Assembly (NCBI GenBank): GCA_963664705.1
Contig: OY761556.1
Span: 5,600,001 to 5,664,000 of the forward strand
From: Acidobacteriota bacterium
GTDB taxonomy: Bacteria > Acidobacteriota > UBA6911
Reading direction: 5' to 3'
Length of the DNA: 64,000 nucleotides
Positions 37,537 through 47,448 of this stretch are shown in pieces. Position 1 is the stretch's first letter. Each line of letters starts with the position of its first letter. Below the pieces are notes generated by a model that saw nothing but the letters and a program-made list of their open reading frames with translations, had not been told where the DNA came from and did not search any database. The position numbers and the translations under genes were made by a program.

Positions 37537-39682
37537 AAAAACCGGAGAGGTACCGGGAAAACCCGTCCGCAAAATCCTCAAGCTCATAACCCCGGATATT
37601 TGCTTCTTCCATCCTCAACTGCTTAGGGCGGATACCTAGTGGTTCCAGCAAGCGCGCCAGCTGTCGTACCGTAATTGGCTGTCCATTGCGCCATTCGGGC
37701 CAGGGGTGTTCTTCTATGTCGCCAAGTTTGGAACAGATTTCCGCGCTGGCTAACCGACCAACCTCTGCCTTTTTAAATATGGTCAAAATGTCGGCAAGTA
37801 ACAAAGCCCGTTTTGATGCATCGCTGTTTTCACGCGATAGCCTGATAGCGCATTCACGGCCGTATTCTGCCCATCTTTTACCTGTGAGTTCAGCGATTGC
37901 CAATAAAGGGCGCCATGAATCCTGGGCACGATCGTTCAGGGTTGCTGGAATCTGTGGTTCCCAATCGGTCAGACCGGCAAGATTATCCTTCGCCCATCGG
38001 ATCGCTTTTTGACGCAAGTGTTGAAGTTCCTCGAAGATGCGGTCTGAGCGCAGCCGCTCGGATTTCTCGCCCGGTCTTTTTCTTCGCATTTCTATGATGA
38101 TGCCGCGATCCATGATCGTCTCCTGCGGTTTGTCAATCTGGGCGATGGCCTTGGGTCCAAAGGTATTGAAAATCCTTGGCTCATAATCATCGCCCACGGT
38201 TCTGACAACATAGGAGCTTGAGCTTCGATAGCCGCTATTGATAATTCCTTTCAATTCGTCGTTGTTGTGGAGGAATGTATCTGCTTCGTCCAGCAGCAAT
38301 GTCGGTTTGTATTTTTCAATCGCCCGAAACAGTGAGGAAGCTGTGATATTTGATGCTGGCAATGGACGGAAAACCAGGTTCAGCAGCAGTTCCAGGAGTA
38401 AGGTTTTGCCGCATCTTTTTTCGGGGCTTTTGATTACCAGAATTGGACAGATGGAGGTTGCCTCGATAGCGTAGGTGTGCAGAATCCAAAGGGCAACGGC
38501 CTTTATTTCGTCGGAAGGCATGATGATGAATCGACACAGGGAATTGGCGATTTCATCCAACAGCAAAGCCCCGTCGACAGGGTGGGCCCATGGATCCGGC
38601 GTGGAAAAGGCAATTTTGTTCTTATCCTCCTCCTGATCCGGACGTGCCAATGCTGCGCTGACAAGCTGAGCGGGTGCCTGGATCCCTATATCGGAAAGAT
38701 GTTTTACCGCGTCAGCGCGAACGGCTGCTTCGCGAAGCATATCTACTCCGGCAACCTCGCGGCGGAGCTGCCGAAGAGCAGATTCGACGTCATCTATTGT
38801 GCTTTGGTCTGTCAATGCTCCAATGCCGGCCCTTTCCAGGAGCCTGCTTGCTGCATCTGGCTGCCTTCGGGCTGCGCTTTCAATCAATGACAGCATTCGT
38901 TTTGGACCACCATCGGGATGCGCCAGAAAATCATCGGCACCGGCCTTATCCAGACCGGGCAAATCGGGTAGATCCACCTGCAGCACATCGGAACCTCGAC
39001 GTTCAAGTTCACACACAAGCGCCTTCCTGGCTTGCTCAACTGAATGATTGCGTATCGCATCGCTATCAAAAATGACGATAACTTTTCTCTGCTTCCAGGG
39101 GATCCTATCCAGGTCCGGAATGGGACCTTTTACCGGACGAATGCCGCCGTCTGGACCGGGTTCCTTACCAATGGTTCCGCGCCAATTCCATACTCCGCTC
39201 AATCCAATTGGTACAAATCTCATCTCAGATGAGTCCTGACCCGCAAGCCTCCGGAAAGACAAAGCCTTTTTCTCTCCCTCAACGACTATTACCGGCACCG
39301 TCGTATCACTGAGAAGTTCGGGATCCACTCCGCATGGGATATACAAAAGATTACTTCGACCAGGTGCAGAGAGATATTTCCGCTTCTCTTTTACAGTTCC
39401 ATCGGGTTTGTGTTCCAATTCCGGGTGATCGCGCCGCAGGCGATAATCTCGTGGCGTGTCTTCACCAGGCCATTTGTAAGGGAATATCAGGCCTGCGTAG
39501 TCGCCCGTACCATTTCGGCCGACGACCTGAGATCCATCCTGTGATGTCACGCGCCTGATGCCGGCAGCGTTGGCAAGCTCGCGGGAAATCCAGGATCGCT
39601 CGAGCATCAAGTAATCCTGTTGCGTCAGGGCATTTCGAGCCATGCAATCTTTTTTCTTTGGAATCATTCCTCTGCCTTCCAT
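37484..39682 (-). CDS. Replication protein with DUF3854 (TOPRIM-like) and DUF3631 domains
   Basis: VEGEKKA, GLSGVWNW, FDSD and GADDF; SPEKRCGKT, PTLLLDEAD, DRAQDSWRPLLAIA and RGY. Confidence 0.85.
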   Translation of the reverse strand: MEGRGMIPKKKDCMARNALTQQDYLMLERSWISRELANAAGIRRVTSQDGSQVVGRNGTGDYAGLIFPYKWPGEDTPRDYRLRRDHPELEHKPDGTVKEKRKYLSAPGRSNLLYIPCGVDPELLSDTTVPVIVVEGEKKALSFRRLAGQDSSEMRFVPIGLSGVWNWRGTIGKEPGPDGGIRPVKGPIPDLDRIPWKQRKVIVIFDSDAIRNHSVEQARKALVCELERRGSDVLQVDLPDLPGLDKAGADDFLAHPDGGPKRMLSLIESAARRQPDAASRLLERAGIGALTDQSTIDDVESALRQLRREVAGVDMLREAAVRADAVKHLSDIGIQAPAQLVSAALARPDQEEDKNKIAFSTPDPWAHPVDGALLLDEIANSLCRFIIMPSDEIKAVALWILHTYAIEATSICPILVIKSPEKRCGKTLLLELLLNLVFRPLPASNITASSLFRAIEKYKPTLLLDEADTFLHNNDELKGIINSGYRSSSSYVVRTVGDDYEPRIFNTFGPKAIAQIDKPQETIMDRGIIIEMRRKRPGEKSERLRSDRIFEELQHLRQKAIRWAKDNLAGLTDWEPQIPATLNDRAQDSWRPLLAIAELTGKRWAEYGRECAIRLSRENSDASKRALLLADILTIFKKAEVGRLASAEICSKLGDIEEHPWPEWRNGQPITVRQLARLLEPLGIRPKQLRMEEANIRGYELEDFADGFSRYLSGFSSATPLQPASGAAPGGF

Positions 39683-39692
39683 CCATTGGTGG

Positions 39693-39953
39693 TTACCCTA
39701 CATTTTTAAGCAAAGCATCCCTTTTGATCAATTTCCCCTCGGCAACTTTCAAACTGCGCGAAGGCATCGGACCGCATTCCTTGTTGCGCGACTTTATCCA
39801 CTCATCAACTTCAGATTCATCCCAAGCTACCATCTTGCCCGTTACAAGCCGACGCTTGGGAAAGAGCCCGTCACGCTCTAGTCTCCAGATGGTTGTTCGA
39901 GACAGTCCCCCCGTTTTTGCCTGAACTCCCGAAAGCCGCAGAAGGTTTGCCAT
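39693..39953 (-). CDS. AlpA family regulator/excisionase
   Basis: LLRL..V...TGGLSRTTIWRLE..G.FP...VAWDESEVDEWI. Confidence 0.9.
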   Translation of the reverse strand: MANLLRLSGVQAKTGGLSRTTIWRLERDGLFPKRRLVTGKMVAWDESEVDEWIKSRNKECGPMPSRSLKVAEGKLIKRDALLKNVG

Positions 39954-40320
39954 AATTCTCTCCTCTAATTATCCCTGTTGGCTGGATGCCGTCCATCTTC
40001 TGGCCATTCCGTTGAACAGTGTTTAAGGGATGCCGTGCTGCTGTATGTTCACCTGGCATTGCCTTTGAGCCGGGTGGCGTACAGTTCCGAGTCTCCTTTC
40101 TTTCCCTTTCTCCCGGGCACTGCTTCGCTTGACGGCCAAGGGCCTAGCCGCGCCCTGCGCTCGCCTCCGTTCTGCTTTCCCGGCACCCCCAGACAAGATT
40201 CTGCACTTCGTGTCCGCAGAATCTTGACCGGTACCCCCAAGAAAGCACTCCGGCTACTTGGGAGCGGCTGCGCTCGCGTTGGCGTGCCCCGGGAGAAAGG
40301 GGCAGAAAAGGAGAAACAAA

Positions 40321-40833
40321 ATGAACAGAAAGCGAGCCACCCAAAATCAAAGCCTCTTCGCCATGATGAACCCTGAAACCACCGCAACGGCCAGATATAT
40401 CCCTGTTTATCATGTTGAACTTGTTCGCGATCGCTCCATTAAGGCGGCACCGAGGCCGTCGATTCACAATTCCGATGATGTCGTTGCAATCCTTCAGGAA
40501 GAACTCCTTTCGTCTGACCGGGAAAAGCTTGTTTGCCTCATGCTGAACGCCAAAAACGTTATCGTTGGCATGGATATTGTTTCGATTGGAACGTTGACCA
40601 TGTCGGTTGCGCATCCAAGGGAAATATTCAAATCAGCCATTCTGAAGAATGCAGCATGCATTATCCTCAGCCATGGACATCCATCAGGTGATCCGACGCC
40701 GAGCCGCGAGGATATTCAGCTAACGGAGCGAATTCGGCAGGCAGGTGAAATCCTTGGCATCAAGCTTCTTGATCACATCATCATCGGCGAGAACGGGACC
40801 TTCAGCTTTCGCGATAGCGGCAGATTGCCATGA
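40321..40833 (+). CDS. radC: RadC-like JAB domain protein (mobile-element type)
   Basis: DRE, HPREIFK, SHGHPSGDPTPSRED and LLDHIIIG; AAGGAG RBS before ATG 40321. Confidence 0.9.
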   Translation: MNRKRATQNQSLFAMMNPETTATARYIPVYHVELVRDRSIKAAPRPSIHNSDDVVAILQEELLSSDREKLVCLMLNAKNVIVGMDIVSIGTLTMSVAHPREIFKSAILKNAACIILSHGHPSGDPTPSREDIQLTERIRQAGEILGIKLLDHIIIGENGTFSFRDSGRLP

Positions 40834-40874
40834 CAGGCAGTATTTGTGGGTTCGCCGATGCCTGGCACAGTTTT

Positions 40875-41708
40875 TCACGCTGTCCGGGCAATAGAAGACT
40901 TTCTATATCCCCTAAATTGCAGCTTGCGCATACCTATGCCAAGCCCTTTTCGAAGTGCTCTGCTCAGTTTCTTTTGTGCAGTTTTTGCCTGCATTTTCAT
41001 GCACTCCGATGTCTCAGCCCATCCATGCTCCAAAGAAAGCCGCGAGTGCGCGATGCTTTTGCAGCCATGATCAAGCGAATCCAGCAATTCCCGATAGAGA
41101 ATTGAGTAATACATGATTCGCGCGTGCTTTCCCGAATCCGAGAAATTCCGAGTCCTGGCCGGATGAAAAGAACCAATGCGAACTGTTTTGTCAAATCCCT
41201 GAGCAAGTGCCACCGCCGAGGTTTCATGCCTGAATGCCGCAAAAATATATTTTCGTATGTCACGAATTTGTTCAGGATGGTCTTTATTACCGATGAGTTT
41301 ATCCACTACTGCATGTGTGGCTTTTGCCATGGCGTCAGCCGCGGCGGCAGGATCAACTCCCCGCTGCCTCGCAACTCTTCGGGATGTTCCCCACAGGCCA
41401 TATGCCTCAATCAAAATCTCAGCAGGCACATCATTGCCGCATTCGGTTCTGGGGTGGATCCAAAGAGCTTCCTTCTTGGCGAATAGGTTTGCCAGCGTTA
41501 CCTGCAGCAAGTCAGATTGCATATCTTGTGATGAGTTATCAATCCAATCCGGCCTCAATTCCCGATACGCTTCCTTGATGGTAGCGGTTAGCCCTGACTT
41601 TCCTTCCTTATGAGTCTTCAGCAAAAGCTGAATCCTTTTTGCCAAAGTGTTTTGAAATACTATTTGATCTTCAGGCGTGGACAATTTGCTCGCCCCTGAA
41701 TCAGACAT
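40875..41708 (-). CDS. Putative divergent sigma-70/ECF-like regulator
   Basis: AGGAGG RBS; C-terminal region-4-like HTH (ELLDSLD...GWAETSECM...TAQKKLSRAL); divergent from the T4SS operon. Confidence 0.5.
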   Translation of the reverse strand: MSDSGASKLSTPEDQIVFQNTLAKRIQLLLKTHKEGKSGLTATIKEAYRELRPDWIDNSSQDMQSDLLQVTLANLFAKKEALWIHPRTECGNDVPAEILIEAYGLWGTSRRVARQRGVDPAAAADAMAKATHAVVDKLIGNKDHPEQIRDIRKYIFAAFRHETSAVALAQGFDKTVRIGSFHPARTRNFSDSGKHARIMYYSILYRELLDSLDHGCKSIAHSRLSLEHGWAETSECMKMQAKTAQKKLSRALRKGLGIGMRKLQFRGYRKSSIARTA

Positions 41709-42474
41709 AAGAATCCTCCTTTCCAGGTAATTGTCAGAAAAGGAAAAACCCTTTCGATGAATGCCGCATTTGATTCGACTTGTGGCCTTGGGAAACAAAT
41801 TTGCTAAGCATCCGTTGCAAAATCAGGGCCACTCGACAGATTCGGGTGAATCGCGCATGGGTAAGTAAGGGATTCGGAGTGACAGAAGTGGCTAATGGGC
41901 TATAAAAGGAAAGGCTTAGGTTGCTCCCTGCTAATCTGAAACAAAACAAAGATGAATGCGGCACAGCCCGTGGCTGCCAGAAGAAATGTCGGAAATAGGA
42001 CAAAACATTTTTCAAAATATCGGCGCTGTTCTGCTCCCGGCTATGCAAATGAAGCTCATCTTTGCGGATTAAGTTACAAAGAGAAAGATTACTGCGGCCA
42101 ATAGCTCGACCGACCTTTCGGAAATCAATTCCCCAACAGATGGATGCTGCTTTATTTCGAAACAGAATGAACAGTCCTGAAACACAATGAATCGTCACTT
42201 CGAAAAAATCTTCAAAAACCCAAAATAATTTGTCGAATAACGCCCGCTTTTTTCACTCTTAACTAATGTAGGGGCACTCGTCAGAGAGTTTTGCTTCTAT
42301 TCCGATCTATCACTTGCTTTAGGCGAATCGTCAAGGGAAGGAAACCCGGAAAGGCTCGAGAAACACTGCAATGAGCGTTAAGCCCGCGAGCCTTTACCGG
42401 AGGTCGCTTTCCGTGAACCATGTTGGGTTGCCCCGCAGATCTATGTGTCACATTGCAAATCAAGGGGAGGTGGT

Positions 42475-42582
42475 ATGGAAATATTTCACCAGGCTATGAA
42501 TGTGTTCTATGGGGTTCTGGTGATCGGCGCAGTTTGCATCGGCGTCTGGTTCTACAGAAAAAAGAAGGAGAGTGACCAATGA
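42475..42582 (+). CDS. 35-aa single-TM peptide leading the T4SS operon
   Basis: GGAGG RBS; MEIFHQAMNVFYGVLVIGAVCIGVWFYRKKKESDQ*; ATGA overlap with the pilin gene. Confidence 0.65.
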   Translation: MEIFHQAMNVFYGVLVIGAVCIGVWFYRKKKESDQ

Positions 42583-42869
42583 GCTGCATACGCAAAAAAT
42601 ATCTGATCCTGGCTACATTGTTGTACCTGATCTGGCCGGTTCTTCTTCAGGCACAGACCTCAGTAGCTCCCACATTTCAGGGTGCGGTTGATGATATCCG
42701 GACAATCGCAATTGCCGCCGGCACTCTGGTTGCCGGAATGGTTGGCCTGGTGGGCCTGGGGCGCACTGCTTACAAGCTAAGCCAGGGAGATAACGATTCG
42801 ATGACTTCACTTATTTTTGCAATTGTCGGCATCGTGCTCGGATTCCTGGCCAATACCTTTATTACCTAA
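42579..42869 (+). CDS. VirB2/TrbC-like pilin
   Basis: Signal peptide plus two hydrophobic helices; position before the VirB3/VirB4-like genes. Confidence 0.65.
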   Translation: MSCIRKKYLILATLLYLIWPVLLQAQTSVAPTFQGAVDDIRTIAIAAGTLVAGMVGLVGLGRTAYKLSQGDNDSMTSLIFAIVGIVLGFLANTFIT

Positions 42870-42871
42870 CG

Positions 42872-43267
42872 ATGAACGAAAGACAAATCTTCCGGAATAT
42901 CCAGCACGTTCCCAAGGTCTGGGGAGTTACCTACCTGAAACTCTTCGCAACCCTGGGATCCGGACTTCTGGCGACCACCCTCGGATTCTTTTTGAGCTCC
43001 GGGGCTACGGCACTAGTGAAGGTAATGGTGATCGGGCTGGGAGTAGTTGTTACGGCCATCCTTTATGGAATCTCTTTCTGGATCGATAACACCGATCAAC
43101 TGGATCGGGATTCGGCCGGTTTTCTTCGTAACGAAATGAACTCCCAGTCCCTGTCGTTGCAAAGGCTTCAATTGTTACACGGAGAGGCGATCCATGCGGA
43201 TTCGCGATCTATTGCGGGACGTGAACCGGTACGAACAGAAGTTAGAGAACATCCTGCTGTATGTTGA
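42872..43267 (+). CDS. VirB3-like membrane protein
   Basis: IFR...PKVWGV then two TM segments; immediately upstream of virB4. Confidence 0.6.
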   Translation: MNERQIFRNIQHVPKVWGVTYLKLFATLGSGLLATTLGFFLSSGATALVKVMVIGLGVVVTAILYGISFWIDNTDQLDRDSAGFLRNEMNSQSLSLQRLQLLHGEAIHADSRSIAGREPVRTEVREHPAVC

Positions 43268-45683
43268 TTTCCTGAAGCATGAACTGCCAATCATTCTGCT
43301 CAAGGACGGTTCGCTACTGGTTCTTTTCCAGATTCCAGGACTCGACTACGAAGGGCTTTCCGAGGACCAGAAGGAACAGTTCAGTCATTATGCCCGGGCT
43401 GCATTCGAGCAAATGCCTGACGAAGGCGCGGGGTTCATGCTTTCGAACCTGCTGATCCGTGACACACCCAGACCGTTGCCGCTCCGCAGGAACGAGAGTG
43501 CTCCTCCTCTGATTCAGTTTGTGCAAGGCAGGAAACAGGCATTCTGGGATCAACTGATTGCACAGAGTTTCGGAAACCGGATCGTATGCGGCCTGCGCTA
43601 TCACCCGCCGAAGAAAAAGGATCCGCCGTGGGGCCTGTTTATACAGGAATCAAAACTGTTCCGGTTTTACCTGGAACAGATCCGAACAGCAGTGGATAAG
43701 CTGGAACAAGGGTATCTTGCGATCGCAAGCGGGTTTAATCGTTTCGGATTCCGGCCGCTTGATCGGGCGCAATCGTTCGCGGCCCTATATGAGCTCATCA
43801 ACTTCACGATTCCGCCGGCCTACCGGCCAGACCTATCGCTGAATACCCAACTGGCGCAAAGCCGCTATGTCTTCCGGCCGGCAGAGGAGTACCTGGTGAT
43901 AAACGGCCGGGAGTATGTATCGCTCATCGGGATGAAGTATCCACCCCCGACAACCCTGGCGATGTATTTGCGCCGGTTTTATGAACTCGGCTTCCCGCTG
44001 GTTCTTCGGCAATCGATCGGATTTGCTCAGAAAGAACGACTTTTCAAGCAGCAGGATTTTAATACACCCATTGCTTTGGCACTTTCCACGGTGGATCCCA
44101 AAAACCTCGCATATGTCGAAGAGGTCAAGGATTTCAGGAGTCGCATTGAGAATGATAAGGAGTTGCCGGTCTGGTGGCACTTTTCGGTGCTGGTGCGAGC
44201 GCAAGATAGGGAGACTCTGCGGGCAAGGCGTGCGGAAGTCATTACTCTGCTCAAGGAAATCGGATCTTTTGGGATTGCAGAAAAACGCAACCTAAAGACC
44301 GGCTTTTTCTCGATGCTGCCCGGCCACGACCGGTTTTATCTCCGGAAGGCATTGCTTGGTACCGCGAACATCGGTGACCTATTGAGTGCCTATGTTCTGT
44401 ACCAGGGCGACAGGGACCCGGTTGATTACCTTCAAGACCGGTTGCAGGGAGTCTTTGCCTACAATCCATTTACCAGCCGGGAAAGAGCGCACCACCGCGC
44501 CATATGCGGCCCCACGGTTGGCGGCAAAAGCTTTTTTGTCATAAAAGACCTGCTCTCCCATCTTGTGGTCAATCCAATGATCTGGGTTGTGGATCTGTCC
44601 GCCTCGTACCTGGATCTTTTCGAACTGCTTCGCGAAGAGATGCCCTCCGAGACGGCCATCATGCGGGTGTCCCGCCAGGAGAGTAATTTCGAGTTCAATC
44701 CGTTTTTGATGCGAGATCCGCAAGCACTGGTACCGGAGGAGCAGTTTGAGTTCTGTATGGGCTTACTGAAACTAATGGCAGGCCCCAATCTCACGAATCC
44801 TGCCAGTGAAATGGCCATGCGTAAAGGTCTGACCGAGTTTTTCAACGCATACCGGATTCTGCTGCGGAACCAGCAATACAAAACCCCGATTCCACCGATG
44901 ACGCTGTTGGCAAGCATTCTCGAGATGGAAATCCAGCATCCGGAACTCGCAAGCGCTTTTGCGCTCTGGACGGTCGGGCGCCGCGGAGAGCTTTTCAATA
45001 CAGGCCGGGATACGCTGCAAAGTGCTCGGTACTGTTACTTCGATTTGCGAGACCTTGATGGCGAGCCGGAACTGATGACGGCAATCATCTATGTGATCTT
45101 TTCAAAGGTATATCGCGATATTGCGGATGAACGGCTGCGTTCCGTCCAGAAGCGTTTTGTTCTGGATGAAGCACACCGGTACATCACGGATCCCGCATTT
45201 TCCTATTGGATTTCCCTGTTAGCCCGCACCGGCCGGCACTGGAACATCATGCTGGATCTGATTACCCAGTCACTGGCCGATCTTGACAGTCCGGACCAGC
45301 CCTGGTCCAAGGCCATCATAACCAATCTAAAACAGGCTTTCTTCTTCCCGGGACAAAAGGATGTGGAGACTTCGTTTCGCAAGTTGCAGCTGACCGACTA
45401 TCACATCGAACAGTACAAGAAACTCGACCCCTCACGATACGAAGTCCTCTACTGGTCCGATGGTGGATTGCGGAGGATGCTGCGTTCCGTTGCCGACCCA
45501 TATACCTACTGGCTTGCCACAACCGATGCCCGGGAACGCTCGATGAAGCGGCTGATGAAACAGCGCCATGGAGGCAATGTCCGCCAGGCAATTGAGGAGC
45601 TTGTTTTTCTGACCGGCAAATGCCGGACAACCGAAGAACGGCTAAGCATCCTGGAACCATTTTTTGAGCAACAAGTGAGGTAA
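43194..45683 (+). CDS. virB4: VirB4 family T4SS ATPase
   Basis: LKDGSL, GPTVGGKS, VLDEAH and ITQS motifs; 829 aa. Confidence 0.9.
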   Translation: MRIRDLLRDVNRYEQKLENILLYVDFLKHELPIILLKDGSLLVLFQIPGLDYEGLSEDQKEQFSHYARAAFEQMPDEGAGFMLSNLLIRDTPRPLPLRRNESAPPLIQFVQGRKQAFWDQLIAQSFGNRIVCGLRYHPPKKKDPPWGLFIQESKLFRFYLEQIRTAVDKLEQGYLAIASGFNRFGFRPLDRAQSFAALYELINFTIPPAYRPDLSLNTQLAQSRYVFRPAEEYLVINGREYVSLIGMKYPPPTTLAMYLRRFYELGFPLVLRQSIGFAQKERLFKQQDFNTPIALALSTVDPKNLAYVEEVKDFRSRIENDKELPVWWHFSVLVRAQDRETLRARRAEVITLLKEIGSFGIAEKRNLKTGFFSMLPGHDRFYLRKALLGTANIGDLLSAYVLYQGDRDPVDYLQDRLQGVFAYNPFTSRERAHHRAICGPTVGGKSFFVIKDLLSHLVVNPMIWVVDLSASYLDLFELLREEMPSETAIMRVSRQESNFEFNPFLMRDPQALVPEEQFEFCMGLLKLMAGPNLTNPASEMAMRKGLTEFFNAYRILLRNQQYKTPIPPMTLLASILEMEIQHPELASAFALWTVGRRGELFNTGRDTLQSARYCYFDLRDLDGEPELMTAIIYVIFSKVYRDIADERLRSVQKRFVLDEAHRYITDPAFSYWISLLARTGRHWNIMLDLITQSLADLDSPDQPWSKAIITNLKQAFFFPGQKDVETSFRKLQLTDYHIEQYKKLDPSRYEVLYWSDGGLRRMLRSVADPYTYWLATTDARERSMKRLMKQRHGGNVRQAIEELVFLTGKCRTTEERLSILEPFFEQQVR

Positions 45684-46453
45684 TGATGAAGAGGATTATT
45701 CTGATTGGAATCCTGTTGTGCTTCGTTATGGAAAACCGGGCCCATGCCTTCATATTCACGGACGTTGTGGCACATGCACAACGAATCCTCATGATGGGTC
45801 AGGCATCTCAATATATCCAGCAGATCAACACTTACCGTGGTGAGTTCGACAAATACAAAACCGTTTTCGATGATTATTTCAAAAGCTTCCACATCATCTA
45901 TCGACGGCTCTCTTCCGCCGACTGGAAAGATTTTGTTCCAAACAACTGGCTTCTTCTTAAAAACCACTTTGTCACAATGTGGAAGACCTTCGATGAACCT
46001 GCCTGGCAAAGCCAGGTGCTGGCGCTCAGGACTACACCGCTATACGCCGCCAATCCTGAATACAGGGCATATGCCGAAAGTCTGATCGCCCTCTCGGATG
46101 GACAGGTGGATCAACTGAAAAGGGAAGAGGCCCATCTGATTGAACTCGAGAAACAGGACCTTGCCCACCACGATGATCTCGAGAAATTCAAACTCCGGAA
46201 TGCAGAACTGGCAATTGGCGAAGATGAAGTTGGAAAAGAGATAGCCCTCAGTCAGCAGATAGCCCTGACCAATGCAATCCTGATTGAACTTGCTTCCATC
46301 CAAACCGAAATCAAGGTGGTTGAACAGCGTCTGCTTACGGATCAGAAGGAACAGCGGAACCTCATAACACGCATGAAGCAGCTCGAAATCGACGCTCAAT
46401 CCGGAGACCTCAAAAATCTCGATTACCTCCAGGGGTTAGCAAAGACAAAGTGA
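45683..46453 (+). CDS. VirB5/TrbJ-like protein
   Basis: Signal peptide, IFTD motif, helical Gln-rich body; lies between VirB4 and VirB6. Confidence 0.6.
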   Translation: MMKRIILIGILLCFVMENRAHAFIFTDVVAHAQRILMMGQASQYIQQINTYRGEFDKYKTVFDDYFKSFHIIYRRLSSADWKDFVPNNWLLLKNHFVTMWKTFDEPAWQSQVLALRTTPLYAANPEYRAYAESLIALSDGQVDQLKREEAHLIELEKQDLAHHDDLEKFKLRNAELAIGEDEVGKEIALSQQIALTNAILIELASIQTEIKVVEQRLLTDQKEQRNLITRMKQLEIDAQSGDLKNLDYLQGLAKTK

Positions 46454-46460
46454 GGATCTC

Positions 46461-47438
46461 GTGAATCTTTTCGACCTGCTTACAACCTTGTGGTCAGCGC
46501 TTCGCGGAAAGATTGGGACCGGACACGATTTTGTCCTGGTCTACACATCTCTTGGAGCAATCCTGTGGGCTTTTCTCCTTTTTAAGGTGTTCCTGCAGGA
46601 GGGTTTGCAGGTGGCATCCGGCCACCGGTCGGAGTTGCTGAAGATCCTGGTGAAGTACCTATTCGTTGCTGCAATGTTCGCTGTCTGGCCGACGGCCTCC
46701 AATAGCATTTTTTCGGCCGTCAAAACACTTGCCACGACCTTCTATCCAAGCATGAACGGACTCTTCGATGCCTTGGCCAACACAATGGCGTTCATGCAGT
46801 CGAATCAGCAGGCTACGGCAAACTCACAGGGCCTGGTCTCCACCGTCCTGGGTACTGTCTACAATTTTACTTTGGGTGGCCTTTTTGAACTGATCGGGAT
46901 GATTGTTCTCTTCCTTTGTTATGCCCTGATCCTGATCAATATGGCCGGGTCCCTGACGATCCTTGCAATGAATCTTGTCCTCGGTCCGGTTTTCTTCGCC
47001 CTCGCCTTCGACCGGGACTTCAGGACGCATGCACAACACTGGTTTGCTGCCGTATTGTCCTATTTCCTGTTGATTCCGCTTTATGGGGCAGCCCTGACAG
47101 TCGCCGCAACAATTGCTGCTGTTGCTGTTCCCACTAATGTATTTGGCCTCCCTTCAAGCGCCCAGGTGGCTGCACAAGTATTGGGTCCCCTGATGGCGGT
47201 CGGGGTTGTCTTTTCAACAAACAAGATAGTGAACGCGCTCGTTGGCGGAGCAGCGGGAGCTGGATTGGGATCCATGGCATTGGGTGTTGCGGGAGTTGGA
47301 GTCAGTATGGTCCCGGGAGGTGCGATGATTCGCTCCACTGCGGCAGCAGGCCGGTCGGCGGCAAGTGCCGCCGCAAGTGCGGGTAGGGCTGTGAGCGCAA
47401 AGATCAGTTCAACGGCAAGAGCAGCGATGGGGAAATAG
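46461..47438 (+). CDS. VirB6/TrbL-like inner-membrane protein
   Basis: Polytopic; LGPVFFA...HWF motif; Ala/Gly-rich tail. Confidence 0.8.
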   Translation: MNLFDLLTTLWSALRGKIGTGHDFVLVYTSLGAILWAFLLFKVFLQEGLQVASGHRSELLKILVKYLFVAAMFAVWPTASNSIFSAVKTLATTFYPSMNGLFDALANTMAFMQSNQQATANSQGLVSTVLGTVYNFTLGGLFELIGMIVLFLCYALILINMAGSLTILAMNLVLGPVFFALAFDRDFRTHAQHWFAAVLSYFLLIPLYGAALTVAATIAAVAVPTNVFGLPSSAQVAAQVLGPLMAVGVVFSTNKIVNALVGGAAGAGLGSMALGVAGVGVSMVPGGAMIRSTAAAGRSAASAAASAGRAVSAKISSTARAAMGK

Positions 47439-47448
47439 GGAGGGGCTG

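Noticed and set aside
44505-44535. Inactivated VirB4 Walker A (GPTVGGKS)
   Set aside because: It still fits GxxxxGKS, so loss of function cannot be claimed.
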